A stretch of DNA of 64,000 nucleotides, taken from an uncultured Chloroflexia bacterium. GTDB lineage: Bacteria; Chloroflexota; Limnocylindria; Limnocylindrales; CSP1-4. The translations under genes and the position numbers were made by a program. Numbering within the stretch: position 1 is the stretch's first letter; each line of letters opens with the position of its first letter. The notes below the pieces were generated by a model that worked only from the letters and a program-made list of their open reading frames with translations, was not told the DNA's origin and did no database searches. The DNA lies in NCBI GenBank assembly GCA_963838285.1, contig CAWIQP010000011.1:75917-139916 (forward strand). Direction: 5' to 3'. Shown in pieces: positions 40,184 through 50,118 of this stretch.

Positions 40184-43100
40184 TCAGGCGGGCGGCTCGT
40201 CCTTCCGGGACCGCTTGGGGGCCTCGGCTTCGCCACTCCCCGGGGAGGCGGGCGCGGGCGAGGCCGGTTCCGGCGAGACCGGCTCGGCGGACGCGACTTC
40301 GGCATCGGCAGTCTCGGTCGCCTCGACCCCATCGGTCGACTCTTCGGTGCCGGCGGATAGCAGCTTGGACCTGCGGTAGCCGACCACCACCCGGTGCTCC
40401 CAGGCGGCCCAGGCGGCCAGCCCGGCCACGAGAAGCGTGAACATCGTCAGCAGGATCGACCACGTCCCGATCAGCTTGACCGGAGCGGACTCCTGCAGGT
40501 TGACCGAGAACTGGAAGCCGTAGAACCAGGTCGGGAGCAGGGCGTTGTAGACGCTGATGATCGTGTTGGGCATCGGCAGGGCCGAGAGGTTCGGGTACAG
40601 GACGACGAACGCCACGACGGCGAAGGCGCAGACGCCGAGCACGAGGCGGCGCGGGTTGACGGCGGTCAGGGCCACGAACGCCAGGATCGCCAGGATCGGC
40701 AGCAGCACGAGCACGATCCCGTCGGACGGGAGCGCCGCCTGGAAGATGATGTCGCGCGGCCCGTTCTGACCGAGCCACCACAGCAGCACGCCGGCCACCG
40801 CGACCGGTACGAGCAGCTGGAGGATCCACAGATTGTCGTCGTGGCCGGCGTTCTGCCGGCGCTCGATCCGCCACAGGAGATAGACGAGGGAGGCCAGGGC
40901 GGCGACCAGGACGATGGCGATCAGCAGCACCCGCGTCTCGACGCGGACGTCGCCCGTCCCCGTTCCGCAGATGGTGTTGCCGAAGTAGTCGGCCGTGTTC
41001 ACCCGGGCCAGGCCGCACAGCGGGTACTTGAGCAGCCATACGGCGGCCGGGAAGAGCAGGGCCGCGGCCGCCGCGACCCTGGCCAGCAGCCATGTTCGTC
41101 GCGATGGGCCGTGCCACAGCTCGGCCAGGAAGTAGGCGAGCGCTAACAGGAAGAAGGGCAAGGCCGTGTAGAAGTGGTACTGGAACGCGGCTCTATCGAT
41201 CCGCGCCCACGACAGCCATTGCCAGAAGAAGGCCACGGCTATCAAGGTCAGGGCAAGGCTCCGCCTCTTGAAGGCCTGCCAGCAGACGAAGGCCATTGCG
41301 ACGATCGCCATCCACCACAGCGCCGGATTGCCGCCGTCGTAGATCATCGAGCCGGCGTCGTTGGCGTAGCCGATGCTCTCGAACCAGACGGGCTTGAGGT
41401 CCATCGGCCATGCCCACCACGGCGAGCTCGCCGCGTGCGAGGCGCGCAGGTCGTTGTGGTAGTTGTACATCTGGATGGTCAGATCCCAGAGCGTCTGCCC
41501 GGTGTGCCCGGCGGGCCAGGCGTTGTCGCAGACACCGGTGACCGGCTCGACGTGCCAGCAGGCGATGGCCGGCAGCGGACCGGTGGCGGCGGTCTCCGTC
41601 TGCCACGGCATGGCCCAGGGGAAGTACACGACCACGTAGACGACGATCGGCAGGACCAGCAAGCACGCGCTCATCCAGGCTGCCGGCAGGCCGAAGCCCG
41701 AGCCCAGGCGCAGCCACCCGGTGGGGGCGGGCGCCGCCGGCTCGGCAAACCGCGACGGGTCGTCGGGACCAGGCGGCACGGCCAGCGGTCCGAACCCGAG
41801 CCCGCCGGCGAAGCGGAAGGCGACGGCGGCGGCGGCTCCGGCGGCGATCCCGGCGGCCCCCACCTCGAGGAGAAGCCCGCTCTGGCGCACGACGCCCGCG
41901 GCGCCGGCCAGGACTCCGATGACGATCGGGGCCCCGATCGCGAACCACAGCTCTTCCCGCGTCCAGGCGATCGGGTGGTACGCGTTCGCGGCCGCCGCGA
42001 CGGCGGTGATCGTCAGCATGAGGATGAAGAAGGTGTAGTTCGGGGCGCCGTTCTGGATCGTGCCCGGCGACAACAGCAACGCGGCCCCAAACAGCCCGGC
42101 CGCGACGACGGCGGTCACCACCCAGACGAAGACCTTGTCGGGCGTCGTTCGCACCGAGAACGCCCAGACGAACCCGCCGACGACCACGGCCAGCGCCAGC
42201 CCGATCAGCAGGATCACGCCCACGGGGCTGCCCGTGTTGGGCTCGGTGGTCATTTCCGCGATCGCCATCCAGCCCAGGACGCCGGTCCCGGCCGCGAGGC
42301 CGAGGATCGTGATCAGCCGGCCCAGCGCCGACCGGATCAGGATCAGGATCCCGATGCTGGCGATCGCGTACAGGGCCACCCACTTGGAGGCCAGCCCCAG
42401 GCCGAGGATCACCCCCAGGATCGGCATCGTGACCCAGAAGGCGATCCGGCTCTTCCAGACGTTCAACCACAAGATGGCGAAGAGCAGGTAGGCCAATAAC
42501 AGGAAGCCGCCCACGTACGTGTCGTTCATCGCGATGCGCGATTGGACGAAGAGCATCCCGTCGGTCAAGGAGAAGAGGGCGACGAGCAGCCCGATTGACC
42601 GCCGGCGGAACAGGACGCGGGCCAGCAGATACAGGCACGCCGCCATCAGGGCGCCGAAGAGGACCCCGATGATGCGCCACGAGAAGGCGAATTGACCGAC
42701 GTCCACGGTCGCCATTGAGCCGTCCGACGAGAACGCCAGGACCTGCTCGCGGTCCGTGTCCGGCAGCGTGGGAGTCGAATCGAGGCCGATCGCAGCCGGC
42801 TGGAAGGGCAGCGGCGCGTCCGAGAAGACGGCGTCGCCGTTGGTCTCGATCGCGTAGACGGTCCAGCCCTTGCCGTCGGGCGTTCGTCCGAGAGCCTGGG
42901 CGACCCTGGTGGCGCCGTCGAAGACGACCTGCGTGACCGGCCCCGGCATCTGGATCTCGCTCGAGTCCTTGGTCAACGTTCCGGGGCCGCCCGAAGTGTC
43001 GGGATGGATCAGCACGATCGAGTCGCCGGCGGCGACGTAGGACGCCTGGTTGGTGTTGATGCTGGTGCCCTGGAGGTCCGAGTAGTTGAGTGCGATCGAG

Positions 43101-45445
43101 GTCGCCGGGGCGTCGGTCGCGATGGTGGAGGTCACGATGAGGCGGCGCACGTCCAGCAGCCCGACGCCGCTCTTGTACGCCACGATCGCCTGCGGGTCGG
43201 AGGGCACGACCTGAATGTCGGGCAGCTGGCCCTTGGTGATCAGGTCCTGGACCGCCGTCACCTGGGCGGAGCTGAGCGGCCCGACGTTCAACGCCTCGTT
43301 GACGCCCGGCGGCGTGGTCGCGTTGAGGGCATCCTCGACGTACGTCTGATCCAGGGCGAGGGCGGTAGCCAGTGCCTGCTGCTCGGACGGCGGCGGCGCG
43401 GTGGCCGTCGGGCTCTTGACCAGGACCGTCGGCGTGACGCCCAGGTTGGCGAAATCGGCGGCTCCGGGAACCACGCCGTGCGCCACGACCGTGCCGCCGT
43501 TCTGGCTGAGGTCGATCGAGACCATGTCGCCGGCGTCGTCGGAAGCCAGCAGGTAGGGGGGCGTCCCGGAGTAGAGGTGCGTGATGGACAGGCCCGCGGA
43601 GACGGCCAGCTCTGTCGGGGCCTTGGGCGTGGTCGCCACGCCGTTCTGGACGTCGTCCAGGGACGTGGTGTCGATGCGGTAGATCGCCCCGCTCGAAGTC
43701 CCGACGTAGACCAGACCGGTGGGCCCTACCGCCGAGAACGACGACGCGCCCGGAATCGGGAACGTCTGCACGAGCGCCCGGGTCTGGAGGTCGTAGACGC
43801 GCACGTCCGAGCCGGTGGCCACGAAGACCCGGTCGCCGAAGCGCTGGCCCGTGTCGGCCGCGTCCGGGTTGTTCGGGTCGGCCGTTGGAGACGTCGCGGT
43901 ACGAGGCTGGACGAGCGTGGCCTTGACCGTGACGTCGAGATCGCCGGTGGCCGTGACCTTGTCGTCGGAGAAGAGGGTGATGCCGGCCGCGATGGCGTAC
44001 TTGGCCAGCATCGGGTGGGTCCACTCGTAGATGTAGACGCCGTCCACGTTGTGGGGGATGTTGTAGCGCCAGTCCTGCAGGAACTCGGTGGCGCTTCGCG
44101 CGTGGTACACCTCGTCGAAGTGCATCTGCATCGGCTCGTCGAGGCGGTAGATCCGCATCGATAGCACGGCCACCACCAGGGCCACCACGACCCAGATGTC
44201 CAGCTTGTCCAGGCGACCGCGCGGCTCCGAGTCGAGCGAGGCGGTCCTGTCGGGGCTCGTCGACCGGCGCGCCAGGCGCCGCCACACGCGCATGACCTGG
44301 TGGGGGACGTATTGCGGGCGGCCGGGTCCGTCGAGGTAGTCGACGTCCTCTTCCCAATCCTCGTACTCGTCGTACTGCTCGTCGTCCACGTACTCTTCGG
44401 CCTCTTCGGCCTCCTCGGACGGTTCGAAGCCTTGCGAGCGGCCGGGTCTCGTATCCTCGGCTCGCAGGGCGAGGCTCGAGGCCGCGCCCACATTCGACGG
44501 CAGTTCGACGGCGGCGGTTGCGTCGCCGGACGGAATGGCTGCCGCGGTAGTCTCGGGGAGATCCGGCTCGCCGAAGGGTTCGACCGGACCGATGGTGCTC
44601 CACCATCCGCCTGACTCGGGCTCCAGCGCGGCCCGGGCAATCTCCCGCTCCAGCCCTGCGACGGCGCGGCGGCGGAGTTGAAGCAGCGCCCAGACCATCG
44701 CCAGGCCGGTCACGACGCTGCAGACGGCGATGGGCCAGATGAGCCCGTCGAACCACGTGGCCGTCAGGATCCCGTTTCCCCAGTCGTTCAGCGTGCCGGC
44801 GATCGTCCCGTCCGTAGTGGGGATGCCCTGGTACTGGACCAGCACGGCGAGCAGGTTCGCCGCGTTGACCACAGTCAGGGCCAGGTAGGCCACGCTCCAT
44901 CGCCACGAGACGGCCAGCAGGACGGCGCCCAGGCCGAAGAACGGGAAGAGGTATCGCTCGTGAGCCCTCGTCGGCACGACGAAGAAGGCGATGGCAAGGA
45001 CGGCCAGCGCCACCAGCAGCGACTGGGCATCGTCACGCCAGGCCGCCCAGAGGCTCACGCCGACGAGGGTCGCGACCAGCAGGCCGTCGCCCAGTACGGC
45101 GGCGTAGAGGAGGCCGGTCATGCCGAGAAACGCGACCGACGCGATGACGGCGGCCGCTACGAAGAACGCTCCCGACAGGCCGACGAACTCGGCCCGCAAC
45201 CACCCGACGAGGCCCTGCCCGATACCCTCGCGCCTGTGCCCGCTCCCCCACCGAGCGGTCGCCGTGCGTCGACCGAGCCTACCAGGGTCCGGCTCGACCG
45301 CCTGGCGACGATGCCGCGACCACGAGCAGCGCGGCCACGGCCAGGGCGATTGCGAGGACGGTCGCCGGGAAAGGCCCGACGACGAACCCCGGGCCACTCG
45401 TTCCCGAGCTGGCATCGGTCCACGGCGCGTCGTGGATCCAGGCAT
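40184..45445 (-). CDS. giant (1753 aa) GT-C-fold membrane glycosyltransferase: N-terminal TM block, acidic linker, PMT/GT39-like DE-motif domain, large beta-propeller-like periplasmic insert, C-terminal multi-TM region
   Basis: EEAEEAEEYVDDEQYDEYEDWEEDVDYLDG linker; RIYRLDEPMQMHFDEVYHARSATEF (PMT DE motif); ~450-aa soluble region with repeated VYVGTSSGAIYRID-type strands; >15 TMs; start uncertain and may be two genes joined by a frameshift. Confidence 0.55.
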   Translation of the reverse strand: MPGSTTRRGPMPARERVARGSSSGLSRRPSSQSPWPWPRCSWSRHRRQAVEPDPGRLGRRTATARWGSGHRREGIGQGLVGWLRAEFVGLSGAFFVAAAVIASVAFLGMTGLLYAAVLGDGLLVATLVGVSLWAAWRDDAQSLLVALAVLAIAFFVVPTRAHERYLFPFFGLGAVLLAVSWRWSVAYLALTVVNAANLLAVLVQYQGIPTTDGTIAGTLNDWGNGILTATWFDGLIWPIAVCSVVTGLAMVWALLQLRRRAVAGLEREIARAALEPESGGWWSTIGPVEPFGEPDLPETTAAAIPSGDATAAVELPSNVGAASSLALRAEDTRPGRSQGFEPSEEAEEAEEYVDDEQYDEYEDWEEDVDYLDGPGRPQYVPHQVMRVWRRLARRSTSPDRTASLDSEPRGRLDKLDIWVVVALVVAVLSMRIYRLDEPMQMHFDEVYHARSATEFLQDWRYNIPHNVDGVYIYEWTHPMLAKYAIAAGITLFSDDKVTATGDLDVTVKATLVQPRTATSPTADPNNPDAADTGQRFGDRVFVATGSDVRVYDLQTRALVQTFPIPGASSFSAVGPTGLVYVGTSSGAIYRIDTTSLDDVQNGVATTPKAPTELAVSAGLSITHLYSGTPPYLLASDDAGDMVSIDLSQNGGTVVAHGVVPGAADFANLGVTPTVLVKSPTATAPPPSEQQALATALALDQTYVEDALNATTPPGVNEALNVGPLSSAQVTAVQDLITKGQLPDIQVVPSDPQAIVAYKSGVGLLDVRRLIVTSTIATDAPATSIALNYSDLQGTSINTNQASYVAAGDSIVLIHPDTSGGPGTLTKDSSEIQMPGPVTQVVFDGATRVAQALGRTPDGKGWTVYAIETNGDAVFSDAPLPFQPAAIGLDSTPTLPDTDREQVLAFSSDGSMATVDVGQFAFSWRIIGVLFGALMAACLYLLARVLFRRRSIGLLVALFSLTDGMLFVQSRIAMNDTYVGGFLLLAYLLFAILWLNVWKSRIAFWVTMPILGVILGLGLASKWVALYAIASIGILILIRSALGRLITILGLAAGTGVLGWMAIAEMTTEPNTGSPVGVILLIGLALAVVVGGFVWAFSVRTTPDKVFVWVVTAVVAAGLFGAALLLSPGTIQNGAPNYTFFILMLTITAVAAAANAYHPIAWTREELWFAIGAPIVIGVLAGAAGVVRQSGLLLEVGAAGIAAGAAAAVAFRFAGGLGFGPLAVPPGPDDPSRFAEPAAPAPTGWLRLGSGFGLPAAWMSACLLVLPIVVYVVVYFPWAMPWQTETAATGPLPAIACWHVEPVTGVCDNAWPAGHTGQTLWDLTIQMYNYHNDLRASHAASSPWWAWPMDLKPVWFESIGYANDAGSMIYDGGNPALWWMAIVAMAFVCWQAFKRRSLALTLIAVAFFWQWLSWARIDRAAFQYHFYTALPFFLLALAYFLAELWHGPSRRTWLLARVAAAAALLFPAAVWLLKYPLCGLARVNTADYFGNTICGTGTGDVRVETRVLLIAIVLVAALASLVYLLWRIERRQNAGHDDNLWILQLLVPVAVAGVLLWWLGQNGPRDIIFQAALPSDGIVLVLLPILAILAFVALTAVNPRRLVLGVCAFAVVAFVVLYPNLSALPMPNTIISVYNALLPTWFYGFQFSVNLQESAPVKLIGTWSILLTMFTLLVAGLAAWAAWEHRVVVGYRRSKLLSAGTEESTDGVEATETADAEVASAEPVSPEPASPAPASPGSGEAEAPKRSRKDEPPA

Positions 45446-46460
45446 GATCGCGGGCCATCGCGTCGCCCGCGTTCCCTACCAGCGCCCACGGGTTGTAGGC
45501 GTTGAGCGTCAGGTACGGGTACTCACCGAAGGTGTTGACCAGGTGGCTGACGATCGCGTCGAAGACCATGCCCGCGAACGCGAGGACGGTGCCGGCGCCG
45601 AGCAGCGCGGAGACCCGGGTCCGCCGCACCGAGTCCACGATCGGCAGGTATCGCCGGGCCAGGAAGAAGACGCCGGCGCCGGCAACCAGCCCGACGGCCA
45701 GCGTGACCAGCCCGGACAGGGACGCCAGGCGCCCGACGGCCCCGACGAAGTCGAGCCCGGTGAAGGGCAGGCAGACCAGGGCGGCCGCGGCGAGGCCGGC
45801 TCCGAGCGAACTGAGGATCCGCTCCGGCTCAGGCTCGCCCGTCTTCGGCGCGATCGAACGGCGCAGGACGACGAAGCCGACCACGAAACCGAGGATGCCG
45901 AGCTGCATCTTCGTCAGCGCGGCCAGGACCGCCAGCGCCGAGGCCGACTCGCGGTGGTCGCGCTGCAGCTCGCGCAGGCCCAGCAGCAGCAGGATCGACC
46001 CGACCGAGTCCGCCTGGCCCCAGATGGCGCTGTTGAACCAGGTGATCGGGTTGACGAGGACGATGAACGCGACGATGAGGGCCCGACGGTTGTTGACCCC
46101 AAGGTCCCTCGCCATCAGCCAGACCATCGCGGCGAGCCCAAGGTCGGCGAACATCGGCACGACCTTCACGCCCTCGCCGATGTTGCCGCCGGTCAGGAAG
46201 CTGACCGCTCCGAGCAGCAGAAGATAGACGGGTGGATAGTCGAGGAAGCCGGGCCGGCTGTAGAACCCGATCGGCCCGTTGCGGGCGATGTCGTTGCCCC
46301 ACGCCTGGAACGCCCCGAGGTCGTTTGGAAAGCCCGACCCCGGCAACAGGACGTATGCGATGATGAAGCGGAGGATCAGACCCAGTGCGAGGAGAACGAC
46401 GATTGCGGGAATCCCAGTGACGGCACCACTCGTTCCCGAAAAGCGCCCCCGCGGGCTGTC
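45279..46460 (-). CDS. GT-C-fold integral membrane glycosyltransferase (family unresolved)
   Basis: C-terminal part of minus ORF 45279..48497 (remainder is antisense to the + gene); ~11 TMs; FPNDLGAFQAWGNDIARNGPIGFYSRPGFLDYPPVY loop; start approximate. Confidence 0.45.
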   Translation of the reverse strand, partial: DSPRGRFSGTSGAVTGIPAIVVLLALGLILRFIIAYVLLPGSGFPNDLGAFQAWGNDIARNGPIGFYSRPGFLDYPPVYLLLLGAVSFLTGGNIGEGVKVVPMFADLGLAAMVWLMARDLGVNNRRALIVAFIVLVNPITWFNSAIWGQADSVGSILLLLGLRELQRDHRESASALAVLAALTKMQLGILGFVVGFVVLRRSIAPKTGEPEPERILSSLGAGLAAAALVCLPFTGLDFVGAVGRLASLSGLVTLAVGLVAGAGVFFLARRYLPIVDSVRRTRVSALLGAGTVLAFAGMVFDAIVSHLVNTFGEYPYLTLNAYNPWALVGNAGDAMARDHAWIHDAPWTDASSGTSGPGFVVGPFPATVLAIALAVAALLVVAASSPGGRAGPW

Positions 46461-46586
46461 CTCTCGCGAGCTCGGGCCTGACAAGCGATTCGGCCTCCTG
46501 GGCGAGCGCTGAGGTGGAGCGGAGTATAACCCAGGCCACGCCTGGACACGGCGGCCCGGCCGAGGCGGCAGAGCCGGCGGCCGATC

Positions 46587-48350
46587 GTGACGGACGGTGC
46601 CGAACCCGCCCGGGACGGCGGCGCGCGAGCGATCACGTACATCTGGGGCATCGGCCTGGTCGTCCTGTGCCTGGTCGTCTACATCTTCATCAACCCCGAC
46701 CGCGGCAACCCCTACATACACTTCGTCTGGCAGGCGCAGGCGTGGCTCGACGGGCAGATCTCGATCCCGACCCACGTCCAGACGCCTCCCGGCAACTCCT
46801 GGTACCAGGATTACCAGCCGATCCTCGACGCCCTGGGCAACGACACCAACCGGGGCACGCTCCCCTTCCCGCCCCTGCCGGCCCTCGTGCTGCTGCCGTT
46901 CGTGAGCGTCTGGCACCTCTTCACCAACGAGGGACTTCTGGCCACGATCTTCGCCGCGCTGGACGTGGGGCTGGCCTACTGGATGCTCGGCTACCTGCCG
47001 ATCCGCCACGAGATACGCGTCCTGAGCGCACTCTTCCTGGGCCTCGGCACGGTGCTCTGGTACGCCGCCGCGATCGGCAGCACCTGGTTCTGGGCCCACA
47101 TCGTGGCCGTCGGCTGCCTGCTGGGGGCGCTCGGCCTGGCACTCTCCGCGGACCGTGAGGCCGCCGGGCCGCGGCCCCTCGCCGATGAGTTCGCCGCGGC
47201 CCGGCGGCCGGAGTGGTCCGGCGGGTGGCTTGCGGCGGGGACGATCGTCGTCCTGGGCGTGCTCGGCGCGCTTCTGTACGTGCTGGCCAGGGCCGGGACC
47301 CCGGCCGCGGCGATCGCCGGCCTGGGCGTCCTGATCGCCGTCGCCGCGGCCGTGCTCGCGCTGGCGGTTTCGGGCGGCCGCGGCGTCCTCGTGCCGCTCC
47401 TGCTGGTACTCGCTCTCGTGGGCGGCGTGCCCGCCGCGCTCGTCGCCGGAGCCCAGTGGCCGATGGCGCTGGCAGTCGTGGACGCGATCGGCGTGGTCCT
47501 CGTAGTGGGCCTGATCGGCCTGGCGAGAGCGAGACCGGAAACGGTGGATCGGTTCCTCATCGCCTTCCGGGCGGCCCTGGCGCGCCCCGAGTCGCTGCAG
47601 CTGGCCGCGGGCCTGCTCTTCGGACTGGCCTGCACGGCGCGCCTGACGATCGTCTTCGGCTTCCCCTTCCTGATCCTCGTGGGCGGAGGCGGAAGCTGGC
47701 TGCGCCGCGCCCTGCTGGCCGGCGCCGGCGCCGCGGTTCCGCTGGTGGCGCTGCTCGTCTACACCTACGCGGGCACCGGCGACCTCTTCAACCCCGTCTA
47801 CAACTACCTCTATCACCAGGAGCTGGCCTACACCTTCCTCAACTACCACGCCGACTGGTCGGTCGAGGACATCCGCTACGTCCCCCAGAACCTGATGATC
47901 ATGCTGTTCAACACGCCGTTGATCGCGCCGGCCAACTACCCCTGGTCCTCGGACCTGCTCTGCCAGGGCGGGGCGGCCCGCGGCCTGTTCGACAAGTCCT
48001 GCCCGCTCGCGGTCCCGAACTGGGTCGGCAACAGCATCTTCCTGACGAGCCCCGCCTATCTCCTCGCGCCGCTGGCGTGGCTGCCGATTCGGCGCCTGAA
48101 GATAGATCGGGTCACGGCCGGAGCCACGATCGCCGTGATGGCCATCGCCTTCGTGAACCTCATGCACTTCAGCCAGGGCTGGGTCCAGTTCGGCTACCGC
48201 TTCAGCAACGACTTCGCCCCGTTCGCGCTGATCCTCGTGGCCCTGGGCGCCAGCCGCCTCGGTCGCCTGTGGCCTCTCGTCCTGCTCGTGGCGGCGTCGA
48301 TCGTCATCAACTTCTGGGGGACGACCTGGGGAGTGATCCTTGGCTGGTGA
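46587..48350 (+). CDS. ArnT/PMT-like (GT83/GT39-type) GT-C glycosyltransferase
   Basis: 587 aa, ~13 TMs; first periplasmic loop with conserved acidic/aromatic residues (FINPDRGNPYIHFVWQAQAWLDG). Confidence 0.65.
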   Translation: MTDGAEPARDGGARAITYIWGIGLVVLCLVVYIFINPDRGNPYIHFVWQAQAWLDGQISIPTHVQTPPGNSWYQDYQPILDALGNDTNRGTLPFPPLPALVLLPFVSVWHLFTNEGLLATIFAALDVGLAYWMLGYLPIRHEIRVLSALFLGLGTVLWYAAAIGSTWFWAHIVAVGCLLGALGLALSADREAAGPRPLADEFAAARRPEWSGGWLAAGTIVVLGVLGALLYVLARAGTPAAAIAGLGVLIAVAAAVLALAVSGGRGVLVPLLLVLALVGGVPAALVAGAQWPMALAVVDAIGVVLVVGLIGLARARPETVDRFLIAFRAALARPESLQLAAGLLFGLACTARLTIVFGFPFLILVGGGGSWLRRALLAGAGAAVPLVALLVYTYAGTGDLFNPVYNYLYHQELAYTFLNYHADWSVEDIRYVPQNLMIMLFNTPLIAPANYPWSSDLLCQGGAARGLFDKSCPLAVPNWVGNSIFLTSPAYLLAPLAWLPIRRLKIDRVTAGATIAVMAIAFVNLMHFSQGWVQFGYRFSNDFAPFALILVALGASRLGRLWPLVLLVAASIVINFWGTTWGVILGW

Positions 48351-50118
48351 GCGCCCAGCGGGAAGATTGCGACCCGCCTTCGATAGTCTGACCCGTCCCG
48401 AGTTCCTGGCGGCCGCGGTCGCTCCCGCCGCGGCGGCCGCGCTGACGCTCCTCCTCATCGTCCCCACCGTCGCCCCCGGCGTCCTCAACTGGGACACGGC
48501 CGAATTCCAGACGGTGGGCCCGGTACTCGGAACCGCCCATCCGACCGGCTACCCGAGCTACGTGATCCTTGGCTGGCTGGCCTCGATCGTCCTGCAGCCC
48601 CTTGGCGATCCGGCCTACCGGATGAACCTGCTCCAGGCGATCCTGGCGGCAGCGGCCGTGGCTGGGACGGTGGCCGTAGTCCAGGTCCTGACCGGGCGGC
48701 GTCTGATCGCGCTGGCCACCGGGCTGATGCTGGCCTGCAGCCAGCTCTTCTGGCGCCTCTCCACCCACGCCGACCCGCACATGTTCCACGTCGCCCTCAC
48801 GGCGATCCTGTTCGTGGCCCTGCTGATGTGGGACCTGCGGCTTCGCAGCGAAGACCCGGATACGGTCCGCCGCGCCGACCGCTGGCTGGTGTTCGCGGCC
48901 TTCGTCTACGGCGTGGCAGTGGCCAACCACTCCCTGGCGCTGCTGCTGCCGCCCGCCATCGGCCTGTTCGTTCTGGTCGCGGACTGGCGGGTCATCTTCC
49001 GCCCGAGGACGATCGTCGCCTGCGTCGCCGTCCTCGTCGGCACGATGGCGGTTCTGTTCAGCGAGCTGCCGATCCGGGCGGCGATGAACGCGCCGCTCGT
49101 GTACGGCCACCCGGACACGTGGAGCGGCTTTCAGTACGTGGTCCTGGCCGAGCAATTCCGGGGCAGCCTGTCGGATCCGTTCGGCGACCTCCCGGCAAAG
49201 GCCGGACAGGTGCTGGACCTCTTCACGGGCTGGCTGGGCCCGCTGGCCATGGTGGCGGCCCTGGGAGTGGTCACGAGCCTCATCCGGCGCCCCCGCTACC
49301 TGATCCTGAGCGGGCTCTCGGCGGTGGTCACGTGCGGCTTCGCGGCCTCCTACGCCAACGCCGACATCCAGCGCTACTACCTGTTGCCGTTGCTCATCGT
49401 CTTCACCTGGATCGGCCTCGCGGCCGCCGACGTGGTCGCGCTGATCGGCTGGGTCGCTGCGGAGGTGCGGCAGCGCGCAACCCCGGAGGCGTCGCGGGGC
49501 CTGGATTCGGCCGCCGAACCGGGCGATGACCCGCGGCCGGGCGACGCGCCGGAGGCAGGGACGGCGCCGTCCGGGCTCGCCATCGACGGGACTCCCGCTC
49601 TCTCGCCCCGCCTCGGAACCGGACTGGCCGGCTGGGCCGTCATCGCCGGCGAGATCGTCGTCGCCGCGGCGATCGTCTTCTCGGCCGTGAACGTCGTGCC
49701 CGCGCGGCAGCTCCCACAGAGCGGCACGAACCCGGGCGGCGTGAGCCAGGCGAACGACACCTCCGACGCGGCCTGGCTGAAGGCGGTCCTCGCTCCCGCA
49801 AGCGCGGGCGGGCTGCCGGCCAACTCGGTGATCATGAGCTGGTGGAGCGCGTCCACCACGCTCTGGTACGGCCAGCGAGTCCTGGGCATGCGGCCCGACA
49901 TAACCATCATCGACGACAGCACCCGCGTGGACGACAACCTGGGCACGGTTCAGGATGTGTTCAACTCCTACCTGGGTAATAGGCCGGTGTTCACGATCCG
50001 GATCGAAGGCGGCGTCGACGGGATGGACGCGCTGAACCAGGAGTACGAGATCGGGACCTACGACCTGGGGAACGGCTACACGATCGCCCAGGTGCTAGCT
50101 CGAAAGGGAAGCCAGTGA
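48340..50118 (+). CDS. DUF2723/TMEM260-like GT-C membrane protein
   Basis: NWDTAEFQTVGPVLGTAHPTGYPSYVILGW signature; TTG start overlapping upstream stop by 11 nt; C-terminal soluble domain. Confidence 0.7.
   Translation: MAGERPAGRLRPAFDSLTRPEFLAAAVAPAAAAALTLLLIVPTVAPGVLNWDTAEFQTVGPVLGTAHPTGYPSYVILGWLASIVLQPLGDPAYRMNLLQAILAAAAVAGTVAVVQVLTGRRLIALATGLMLACSQLFWRLSTHADPHMFHVALTAILFVALLMWDLRLRSEDPDTVRRADRWLVFAAFVYGVAVANHSLALLLPPAIGLFVLVADWRVIFRPRTIVACVAVLVGTMAVLFSELPIRAAMNAPLVYGHPDTWSGFQYVVLAEQFRGSLSDPFGDLPAKAGQVLDLFTGWLGPLAMVAALGVVTSLIRRPRYLILSGLSAVVTCGFAASYANADIQRYYLLPLLIVFTWIGLAAADVVALIGWVAAEVRQRATPEASRGLDSAAEPGDDPRPGDAPEAGTAPSGLAIDGTPALSPRLGTGLAGWAVIAGEIVVAAAIVFSAVNVVPARQLPQSGTNPGGVSQANDTSDAAWLKAVLAPASAGGLPANSVIMSWWSASTTLWYGQRVLGMRPDITIIDDSTRVDDNLGTVQDVFNSYLGNRPVFTIRIEGGVDGMDALNQEYEIGTYDLGNGYTIAQVLARKGSQ

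Noticed and set aside
41193-44906. 1237-aa minus-strand ORF in another frame of the giant GT-C gene, and the plus-strand ORFs 40394..41146 and 41174..42499
   Set aside because: Overlap the TM-rich, well-structured frame of 40184..45445; translations are Arg/Pro/Gly/Asp low-complexity
46500-48497. N-terminal two-thirds of minus ORF 45279..48497
   Set aside because: Antisense to the ArnT/PMT-like plus-strand gene 46587..48350; only the C-terminal ~390 aa (45279-46460) has membrane-protein character
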